DNA from: Candidatus Omnitrophota bacterium
Lineage (GTDB): Bacteria > Omnitrophota > Gorgyraeia > Zapsychrales > Fredricksoniimonadaceae
Length of the DNA stretch: 64,000 bases
NCBI GenBank assembly: GCA_903836515.1
Contig: CAILQW010000005.1
Location: forward strand, 3,280-67,279
Direction of reading: 5' to 3'
How positions within the stretch are numbered: the first letter of the stretch is position 1; every line of letters starts with the position of its first letter. The translations under genes and the position numbers were made by a program. This document shows positions 56,530 to 64,000 of this stretch, piece after piece. Under the pieces are notes generated by a model. That model had not been told where the DNA came from. It was given only the letters and a program-made list of their open reading frames with translations, and searched no databases.

Positions 56530-59500
56530 ATGAGAATAAATAAAAGACTGAAATTTATTCAACAGACATGGTTGCGTTGTGCCGTTACACTTATTATTAA
56601 TATCTTAATAAGTGGGCTGGCGGCAACGTATGCGCATGCCCAGTTTTCCGGCGGCGCGGAGAACGGCAATGCCACAGCCACCATTGGCAGCGATATTTTT
56701 ACAGGCGGCGCCCAGAACGGCACCACCAGCGCCACCTCCGGCAGCAACGGATCCCTTTCCTACGGGGATGCCACCCACATCGCCTTTTTGGTAACCCCTT
56801 CCAGCATCAAGCATGGCAATACCTTCGAACGTCAGCCGGTTGTGGCGGTGTTGGATGCCAGCGGCAATGTTGTGGCGGGCGATAATTCCACCCGCATTTC
56901 TCTCGCCATTCAGAACAATCCCGGTGCCGGAACATTAAACGGCACAACCTCTGTCACGGTTGTCCATGGTCTGGCGGCATTCACAGATCTTGGCATCACG
57001 CGTGCCGGCAATCTTTACACGATCATCGCGCGGGCCGACGGGCTGGGCAGCGCGGTTTCGGATGCCTTTGATGTTTTTGCGGGAACCGGCGCGAAGTTTG
57101 CGGCCATATGGGATGCGTCCCAGACGGCTTATTACATTTACAGCTGGATCGAGACGGACGGCCAGCGGCAGCCCATTACAACATCCAATGCCTATTGCAT
57201 GCCGCATCAAATCTGGAGATCTTCTTCAGGCACCCTTGTTTCCGAGAAAGCGGCCTGGACGCCGACAGTTGATGATGACAAAAACTGGTGTTTCAGCTCC
57301 GGCAGCAAATGGACGCCCAGCAACAGGGACGATTCTTATTTTATTTCTTTCGGGATCAACTGGGATGGCGGTCCTTTCGATGCCTACTCCTCCCTTGAGA
57401 TCACGGCCATGAATATTGCCGGCGTCAACTGGGATGACATTGCCGCGATGAAAGGCAAGATCGATGCGGTCAACTGGCAAAATATCGATGACATGGCCAA
57501 GTCGGATATCAACTGGGATGACGTGGCCCACATGGCTGCTGCGGCCGTGAACTGGGAATACCTGGGCGTCCTGCGTTCCGACATTGTGGACATCAAGAAT
57601 GTCACCGACCAGATGAGCGGGATCAACTGGACCAGTGCCAGGGACATGACCAATGCCGGGATCCAGTGGGCGGATGTCAGCGCCATGACCGCGGCGGGCA
57701 TCAACTGGGATGACCTGTACGCCATGACGCGCCAGGGGGTGAACTGGCAGGATATCGGCATTTTGTCATCGATTGGCATCAACTGGGACGATATCGGTGT
57801 TTTCTCCCAGGCCGCTGTCAACTGGTATGACATTGCCCGGCTCGCCGGGGTGGGTATCAACTGGCAGGATATTTCGGAACTGGCCGGCGCAGGCATCAAC
57901 TGGTACGACCTTGATGCGTTGTCTGTCGCCGGGGTGAACTGGACGGATCTCGCCATCATGACCGGGGCCGGGGTTAACTGGCCCGATCGTGTCAATTGGG
58001 ACAATCTGGCGGAACTCACCACAGCGAATATCAACTGGGACGACCTGACCGTCATGTCCGAGCAGGGCCTGAACTGGTATGACCTTGATGTGCTTACCGA
58101 GGCCGGGATCAACTGGAATGATCTTAACGCGCTGACGGTGGCCGGTATCAATTGGTATGACATCGAAGCCATGAGCACGGGCGGGGTGAACTGGAGTGAT
58201 ATCCAGGTCTTGTCCGCGGCGGGCGTCAACTGGCAGGATGTGAATGTGTTGACCCTTATCGCGGTCAACTGGAGCGATATCCAGGCGATGTCAGCAGCCG
58301 GGGTGAACTGGAATGATGTGGGGGAACTTTCCGCAGCCGGGGTGAACTGGAATGATATGGAGGCTTTGTCGCTCGCCGGGCTCAACTGGTCTGATATGAG
58401 CGCCTTTTCCCAGGCGCAGATCAACTGGAATGACATCCAGGCGTTTACCTCCGCCGGGGTGAACTGGAATGATCTTGGCGCCATGGCGGCCGCGGGTGTT
58501 AACTGGGATGATGTCCAGGCCCTGACCCATGTGGGTGTGAATTGGCAGGATATTGAGGCCTTGGGCGGGGCGGGGATCAACTGGGCCGATATCGGGCTCT
58601 TGTCCGCGCAAGGGGTGAACTGGTCGGATGTGGGATCGTTGACCGCCGCAGGCATCAACTGGGATGATGTGCAGGCCATGACCCGGATCGGCATGAACTG
58701 GTCGGATATGTCCGCTTTGTCTGCCGCCGGTGTCAATTGGTCGGATCTTGCCGGACTTTCCACCCGTGCGGTAAATTGGACGGATATACAGGCGCTGACC
58801 GCAGCAGGCATGAATTGGGACGACCTCCAGGCATTTTCCGCCGCGGGGATCAACTGGCAGGACATTCAGGTCCTGACAACCACTGCGGTCAATTGGGATG
58901 ATATTCAGGTTTTGTCTGCCGCGGGTGTTAATTGGTCGGATATTCAGGCTTTCACTAATATAGGGGTCAATTGGAATGATATCAGCCGGATGGCTGCTGC
59001 CGGTGTGAATTGGGATGATGTTCAGAGTCTTTCTGTAACCGGCGTCAATTGGACGAATCTTGCGGTGATGGGTGCGGCCGGGATCAATTGGGAAGATGTC
59101 AATACCCTGACCACGCGCGGCATTAACTGGGATAATGTCGAGGTGTTTGCCGCCGCCGGGATCAACTGGTCGGATGTGCAGACACTGACAGTCGCCGGTG
59201 TGAACTGGGATGATATTCAGCGGATGAGTATCAGCACCGTCAATTGGGATGATATGGCCGTGTTGTCTTCCACGGGCATCAACTGGGATGATCTTGCCAC
59301 GCTGTCCGGCAAGGGCGTCAATTGGGATGATCTTCTCGCGTTGACGTCCAAGGGTATCAACTGGGATAATCTGGCGGTCATGGCCGCTGACGGGATCAAC
59401 TGGACCGATATCGGGCGCATGGCCGGCGAAGGTATTAATTGGAGTGATATCGCCGTTTTCACGGTGGCTGGTGTCAACTGGGAGGATGTCGCTGTCCTTT

Positions 59501-62500
59501 CGGCTACGGGTGTCAATTGGCATGATATCGGCGTGTTCACGGCCGAGGGGATTAACTGGGGCGATATCCAGGCGTTGGCCGCGGCCGGCGTGAACTGGAC
59601 TGACGTCGGGGCCATGACTGCTGCCGGCGTCAACTGGGACGATATCGTTACCATTTCCCGAAAGGCGGTCAACTGGGATGATGTGACAGCCCTGTCTTCT
59701 GCCGGGGTTAACTGGACGGATATCCAGGAGATGTCCCAGCGCGGCGTCAACTGGGATGATGTTGCTGTCCTGGCCCGCACGGGTGTGAATTGGGACGATA
59801 TCGCGGTGCTGGCGTCGCGCGGCGTGAATTGGGACGATGTTCAGCATTTGGCGGCGTCAAATGTGAATTGGGATGATATTGGCCGACTGACAGTTACAGG
59901 TGTGAACTGGGACGATCTCTACAGCCTGTCGGTCAAGGGGGTCAACTGGGATGATGTCCTTGTCCTGACCAACGCCGGCGTGAACTGGGCGGATATAGGT
60001 GATCTGTCGTCGCGTGGTGTTAATTGGTCCGATATTGCCCGCATGGCCGATGCCGGGATCAACTGGGATGATGCACAGGCCTTGACCGCGGTCGGGGTGA
60101 ATTGGCACGATGTGGCTGTGTTGACAACCGCCGGATTGAACTGGTCGGATGTGAATGCCATGGCCTCAGCGGGTGTTAACTGGGGGGATATCGCCCTCCT
60201 GAGCGCGACGGGGGTCAACTGGGACGATGTCCAGGCCATGGCCGCCAAAGGTGTCAACTGGGATGGGCTGGCAAGCCTCGCGGCCGCTGGGGTCAACTGG
60301 ACGGATATTTCTGTGTTAGCAGCAACCGGAGTGAACTGGTCTGATGTCAATGCCATGACTGTGGCCGGGGTCAATTGGGATAACCTGACATCCATGACCA
60401 CATCCGGGGTGAATTGGGCGGATCTGACAACGCTGACATGGGCGCAGGTCAATTGGGATGATGTGAGTGCGCTTTCCGCGAAAGGTGTCAACTGGACAGA
60501 TCTCGGGGCCATGAGTGCGGCGGGGATAAACTGGCTGGATATCAGCACGTTGGCGGTTGCAGGTGTTAACTGGGATGACCTTCATGTCCTTTCCCAGGGT
60601 GGCATCAACTGGTCTGATATCGAGGTGTGGTCCGCTGCTGGTGTGAACTGGGCTGACATCGGGGCTGTAAGCGTGGCGGGTGTTAACTGGATGGATATCC
60701 AGGTGTTGACCAGCGCAGGTGTCAATTGGAGCGACCTGGAACGATTGGGTGTTAGCGGTGTTAACTGGGATGATCTGGCTGTTCTGGCCGGGACAGGTGT
60801 CAACTGGCTCGATCTTCAGTCGTTCACCATCGCCGGGATCAATTGGAACGACCTCGCGGTCCTTACAGCCAATAATGTGAACTGGGATGATATTACACGT
60901 CTTTCTGCCGCGGGTGTGAACTGGGAAGATGTGGGTACCATGGCGGCCTCCGGTCTCAATTGGGAAGATATTCAGCAAATGACCGCCAAGGGGATTAATT
61001 GGACGGATATCGCCGCGTTCACATCTTCTTCTATTAATTGGGCTGATCTGCAGGTACTGGCGGGGACGGGTGTTAACTGGAATGATATCCAGGTCCTCTC
61101 GCTGCAGGGTGTGAACTGGGTGGACATCGGGGGGCTTGCCGCCGCAGGGATCAACTGGACAGATCTCCAGGCGCTCGCATCAACGGGAGTGAACTGGAGC
61201 GATATCAGCGTCATGTCCGTGCAGGGGGTCAATTGGGATGATATTAATACCCTTTCCACGCGCGGGGTGAACTGGGAGGATGTGGCTGTCCTCGCGGGTA
61301 AAGGTATTAATTGGAATGATATCCAGGCATTGTCGTTGAGCGGCCTTAACTGGTTTGATATGGAGGCCATGACAACAGCGGGCGTGAACTGGGATGATCT
61401 CCAGGCCATGGCCGGCAAAGGCGTGAACTGGGATGACATCCAGGTCCTGAGCGGACGCGGTATCAATTGGGTCGATGTTGATACGCTTTCCAAGGCGGGC
61501 GTTAACTGGTCTGATATCGTGGCGTTGAGCACAACGGGTGTGAATTGGAACGATCTTGAAGTTTTAGCGGCAGCGGGTGTGAACTGGGAGAACCTCCAGT
61601 CACTGGCCGGCACAGGGATTAACTGGGACGATATCCAGGTGCTCTCCGTCCGCGGGATCAACTGGGATGATATTGTGGCCATGTCGCAGGGGGGCGTGAA
61701 CTGGTCGGATATCGGCGCGCTTTCCTTGGCCGGGGTGAATTGGAATGATATGGGGCTGTTGGCGCAGGCCGGTGTGAACTGGGCTGATATTGATGCTATG
61801 ACGACCGTTGCCGTGAACTGGGATAACGTTCAGGCGATGTCCGTGGCAGGGATCAACTGGGCCGATGCCGGTGCCTTAACCACGGCCGGCGTCAACTGGA
61901 CCGACATGAATGTGCTGACCGCTGCGGGAGTTAACTGGGCCGATGTGGGCGCCCTCAGCGCGGCGGGAGTGAACTGGGGCGACATCAACACACTGACCGC
62001 GGCCGGGGTGAATTGGGCGGATGTCAGTGCCTTGGCGGGGGCCGGCATTAATTGGGCAGATGTAGGTTCCTTGAGTGCCGTCGGGGTGAACTGGTTTGAT
62101 GTGAGTGCCCTCACGGTGGCGGGCGTGAACTGGGATAATATTCAGCTGATGTCTGCGGCCGGTGTCAACTGGGATAATGTGACGGTGATGGGGACTTCCG
62201 GTGTGAACTGGGCGGATATTGCGGCCTTGAGTGCGGCAGAGGTCAACTGGTCGGATGTCAATGCGCTTACGGCGGCCGGGGTCAACTGGAGCGATATTGG
62301 CATATTAAGCGATGCCGCTGTGAATTGGGACAATGTGCAGGTGCTTTCCATCGCGGGTGTTAACTGGGACGACCTTAATGTGATATCCCGGACCGGTGTG
62401 AACTGGACGGATATCGGTGCCCTGAGCGAGGCGGGCGTGAACTGGGCCGATGTAAATGCCTTGACGGTGGCGGGCATGAACTGGGACAGCCTGCAGTCAC

Positions 62501-64000
62501 TTTTTAACGCCGGGGTGAATTGGACCGATCTTGATAGCTTAAGTGTTGCCGGCGTCAACTGGGATAACGTCCAGGCCTTGACGACGGCAGGTGTGAACTG
62601 GACGGATGTGAACGCGTTGACCAACACCGGGGTGAACTGGGATGACCTGGTCCAGATGAGCCGCACCGGAGTGAACTGGGAAGACTTGAATCACATGAGC
62701 ACCGTGGGGGTCAACTGGGAAGATTTGAATCTGATGAACAGCCTGGGGATCAACTGGACCGACATGCAGGTTCTGACGACCGCCGGCGTAAATTGGGACA
62801 ATGTGACATCCTTGAGTGTGTCGGGCGTGAACTGGACGGATGTGGAGGCCTTGAGCGCGTCAGGTGTGAATTGGGCCGATATTGGCGCGATGAGCCTGTC
62901 GGGCGTCAATTGGTCGGATATCGGCACGATGGCCGGTGCAGGGGTGAACTGGGCTGACATCGGCACCATGAGCGGCGTCGGTGTTAATTGGGAAGATGTC
63001 GGCGTTCTGGCGCGCACAGGGATCAACTGGACGGATGTGGGTGCCCTGACAGCCGCAGGTGTGAACTGGCTGGATGTCAATGCCCTGACCATGGCCGGCG
63101 TCAACTGGGATAATGTGAATACATTGACAACCGCCGGCGTCAATTGGGCGGATGTCACCTCTTTTTCGGCGGCTGGAATTAACTGGGATGACCTTACCAC
63201 GCTGACGCTTCACGGAGTTAATTGGCAGGATATCGCCGTGATGACCGCCGCCGGCGTGAACTGGGCGGATGTTAACACGTTGACGGGCGCAGGTGTGAAT
63301 TGGGATAACCTTCAGGCGCTGTCAACTGCAGCGGTGAACTGGTCGGATGTGACCCTGCTCACCACAGCGGGCGTGAACTGGTCGGATATGAATGCCCTGA
63401 CCATCAGCGGCGTTAACTGGGATAATCTGCAGGCGATGGCTGCTGCGGGTGTGAACTGGACAGATATGGCCACCTTGACAGTGGCTGGCGTGAACTGGGC
63501 CGATGTGAATGCGTTGACGGCCGCGGGCGTGAACTGGTTGGATATGACCATACTCACGACAACCGCGGTAAACTGGTCTGAGCTGGAAAACCTCACGGTC
63601 GCGGGGGTGAACTGGTCCGATCTTGCTGTTATGGCACAGGCTGGCGTGAACTGGGCGGACGTGAACGCGTTGACCAATGCCGGCGTGAATTGGGATGGCA
63701 TTAATACCTTAAGTCTGGCGGGCGTTAACTGGGATAATATCCAGACCATGTCCGTAGCGGGCGTTAACTGGGATGACCTTAATAGTTTGACCACGACCGG
63801 TGTGAATTGGACGGACATGGCTGTGATGGGGGCCATGGGCGTTAACTGGGCGGATATCAATGTTCTTTCGATGTCAGGGGTTAATTGGAGTGATGTCCAG
63901 ACGCTGACATCCGCCGGGGTCAATTGGGACAACATGCAGGCATTGACCGCGGCCGGGGTGAACTGGTCCGATGTGAATGCGCTTAGCGCCGCGGGCATTA
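56530..64000 (+). CDS. Mega repeat protein, 5' portion (at least 2490 aa in window; continues past the end): signal peptide, Ig-like (Big) domain, then about 170 tandem 13-aa GVNWxDIxALSAA units
   Basis: ATG at 56530 gives MRINKRLKFIQQTWLRCAVTLIINILISGLAATYAHAQ (signal), a G/S/T/N-rich linker, a Big-like beta domain (ATHIAFLVTPSSIKHGNTFERQPVVAVLDASGNVVAGDNSTRISLAI...), then the repeat array. The frame was checked at 57355, 59593 and 63961. The ORF track misses it because no stop lies in the window; minus-strand ORFs 57384-63998 are its antisense shadows. Confidence 0.8.
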   Translation, partial: MRINKRLKFIQQTWLRCAVTLIINILISGLAATYAHAQFSGGAENGNATATIGSDIFTGGAQNGTTSATSGSNGSLSYGDATHIAFLVTPSSIKHGNTFERQPVVAVLDASGNVVAGDNSTRISLAIQNNPGAGTLNGTTSVTVVHGLAAFTDLGITRAGNLYTIIARADGLGSAVSDAFDVFAGTGAKFAAIWDASQTAYYIYSWIETDGQRQPITTSNAYCMPHQIWRSSSGTLVSEKAAWTPTVDDDKNWCFSSGSKWTPSNRDDSYFISFGINWDGGPFDAYSSLEITAMNIAGVNWDDIAAMKGKIDAVNWQNIDDMAKSDINWDDVAHMAAAAVNWEYLGVLRSDIVDIKNVTDQMSGINWTSARDMTNAGIQWADVSAMTAAGINWDDLYAMTRQGVNWQDIGILSSIGINWDDIGVFSQAAVNWYDIARLAGVGINWQDISELAGAGINWYDLDALSVAGVNWTDLAIMTGAGVNWPDRVNWDNLAELTTANINWDDLTVMSEQGLNWYDLDVLTEAGINWNDLNALTVAGINWYDIEAMSTGGVNWSDIQVLSAAGVNWQDVNVLTLIAVNWSDIQAMSAAGVNWNDVGELSAAGVNWNDMEALSLAGLNWSDMSAFSQAQINWNDIQAFTSAGVNWNDLGAMAAAGVNWDDVQALTHVGVNWQDIEALGGAGINWADIGLLSAQGVNWSDVGSLTAAGINWDDVQAMTRIGMNWSDMSALSAAGVNWSDLAGLSTRAVNWTDIQALTAAGMNWDDLQAFSAAGINWQDIQVLTTTAVNWDDIQVLSAAGVNWSDIQAFTNIGVNWNDISRMAAAGVNWDDVQSLSVTGVNWTNLAVMGAAGINWEDVNTLTTRGINWDNVEVFAAAGINWSDVQTLTVAGVNWDDIQRMSISTVNWDDMAVLSSTGINWDDLATLSGKGVNWDDLLALTSKGINWDNLAVMAADGINWTDIGRMAGEGINWSDIAVFTVAGVNWEDVAVLSATGVNWHDIGVFTAEGINWGDIQALAAAGVNWTDVGAMTAAGVNWDDIVTISRKAVNWDDVTALSSAGVNWTDIQEMSQRGVNWDDVAVLARTGVNWDDIAVLASRGVNWDDVQHLAASNVNWDDIGRLTVTGVNWDDLYSLSVKGVNWDDVLVLTNAGVNWADIGDLSSRGVNWSDIARMADAGINWDDAQALTAVGVNWHDVAVLTTAGLNWSDVNAMASAGVNWGDIALLSATGVNWDDVQAMAAKGVNWDGLASLAAAGVNWTDISVLAATGVNWSDVNAMTVAGVNWDNLTSMTTSGVNWADLTTLTWAQVNWDDVSALSAKGVNWTDLGAMSAAGINWLDISTLAVAGVNWDDLHVLSQGGINWSDIEVWSAAGVNWADIGAVSVAGVNWMDIQVLTSAGVNWSDLERLGVSGVNWDDLAVLAGTGVNWLDLQSFTIAGINWNDLAVLTANNVNWDDITRLSAAGVNWEDVGTMAASGLNWEDIQQMTAKGINWTDIAAFTSSSINWADLQVLAGTGVNWNDIQVLSLQGVNWVDIGGLAAAGINWTDLQALASTGVNWSDISVMSVQGVNWDDINTLSTRGVNWEDVAVLAGKGINWNDIQALSLSGLNWFDMEAMTTAGVNWDDLQAMAGKGVNWDDIQVLSGRGINWVDVDTLSKAGVNWSDIVALSTTGVNWNDLEVLAAAGVNWENLQSLAGTGINWDDIQVLSVRGINWDDIVAMSQGGVNWSDIGALSLAGVNWNDMGLLAQAGVNWADIDAMTTVAVNWDNVQAMSVAGINWADAGALTTAGVNWTDMNVLTAAGVNWADVGALSAAGVNWGDINTLTAAGVNWADVSALAGAGINWADVGSLSAVGVNWFDVSALTVAGVNWDNIQLMSAAGVNWDNVTVMGTSGVNWADIAALSAAEVNWSDVNALTAAGVNWSDIGILSDAAVNWDNVQVLSIAGVNWDDLNVISRTGVNWTDIGALSEAGVNWADVNALTVAGMNWDSLQSLFNAGVNWTDLDSLSVAGVNWDNVQALTTAGVNWTDVNALTNTGVNWDDLVQMSRTGVNWEDLNHMSTVGVNWEDLNLMNSLGINWTDMQVLTTAGVNWDNVTSLSVSGVNWTDVEALSASGVNWADIGAMSLSGVNWSDIGTMAGAGVNWADIGTMSGVGVNWEDVGVLARTGINWTDVGALTAAGVNWLDVNALTMAGVNWDNVNTLTTAGVNWADVTSFSAAGINWDDLTTLTLHGVNWQDIAVMTAAGVNWADVNTLTGAGVNWDNLQALSTAAVNWSDVTLLTTAGVNWSDMNALTISGVNWDNLQAMAAAGVNWTDMATLTVAGVNWADVNALTAAGVNWLDMTILTTTAVNWSELENLTVAGVNWSDLAVMAQAGVNWADVNALTNAGVNWDGINTLSLAGVNWDNIQTMSVAGVNWDDLNSLTTTGVNWTDMAVMGAMGVNWADINVLSMSGVNWSDVQTLTSAGVNWDNMQALTAAGVNWSDVNALSAAGI
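57355..64000 (+). repeat. 39-nt tandem repeat array (about 170 copies, very homogeneous), coding
   Basis: Period of 39 nt between successive aactgg cores (for example aactggtatgacattgcccggctcgccggggtgggtatc|aactgg), with rare truncated units such as the 18-nt aactggcccgatcgtgtc. Example run: GINWDDVQAMTRI | GMNWSDMSALSAA | GVNWSDLAGLSTR | AVNWTDIQALTAA. Confidence 0.9.

Noticed and set aside
57384-63998. Series of long minus-strand ORFs (493, 518, 209, 220, 236, 228 aa and others) with QLTPAAV/SSQLTP pseudo-repeats
   Set aside because: They are the antisense reading of the 39-nt array and are broken into several frames. The + strand is one continuous frame from an ATG at 56530 with a credible signal peptide and Ig-like domain, and the strict conservation of Trp/Asn/Asp codons only makes sense on the + strand.
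1-64000. Searched for tRNA/rRNA genes, CRISPR arrays, transposase/integrase genes and IS-like inverted repeats
   Set aside because: Intergenic gaps are short (mostly under 150 nt) with no cloverleaf-like candidates. No direct-repeat/spacer architecture and no transposase/integrase-like ORF were seen.

Overview
This is a roughly 60% GC bacterial chromosomal segment, apparently from a diderm organism; no lineage is assigned. All confident genes but one are on the + strand, and the window falls into two parts.

Housekeeping block (1 to 17.7 kb): guaA 3' end, dnaE, HU/IHF, hisS, a short archaeal/eukaryotic-type aspS, a LysM lipoprotein, the conserved phoH(ybeZ)-7TM-HD-ybeY-recO block, a 902-aa secreted hypothetical, a minus-strand Hel308/Ski2-type helicase, hpf and rsmE.

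Accessory/cell-envelope region (17.9 to 64 kb): a 9.9-kb giant surface protein with three 1.06-kb internal repeats and PATR-like motifs; a 5.4-kb lipoprotein built from about 16-20 helical 65-100-aa repeats; an AsmA-family protein; small conserved genes (DUF45 hydrolase, DUF167, YqeY); a polysaccharide deacetylase; a 1089-aa unknown protein; a complete glycine-cleavage operon (gcvT-H-PA-PB) plus an LplA-like lipoate ligase; an S41 peptidase; a GT2-DUF2304-GT2 cassette; a PilP-like/secretin/TPR module with no ATPase or pilin; and two tandem paralogous secreted FGE-sulfatase-domain proteins.

The last gene is the most striking. It is an open-ended ORF of more than 7.4 kb that runs off the window. 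It encodes a signal peptide and an Ig-like domain followed by about 170 near-identical tandem 13-aa (39-nt) units, consensus G-V-N-W-x-D-I-x-A-L-S-A-A. The supplied ORF track shows this region only as antisense shadow ORFs.

No rRNA, tRNA, CRISPR array or recognisable mobile element was seen. Many long minus-strand ORFs are antisense shadows typical of high-GC DNA.
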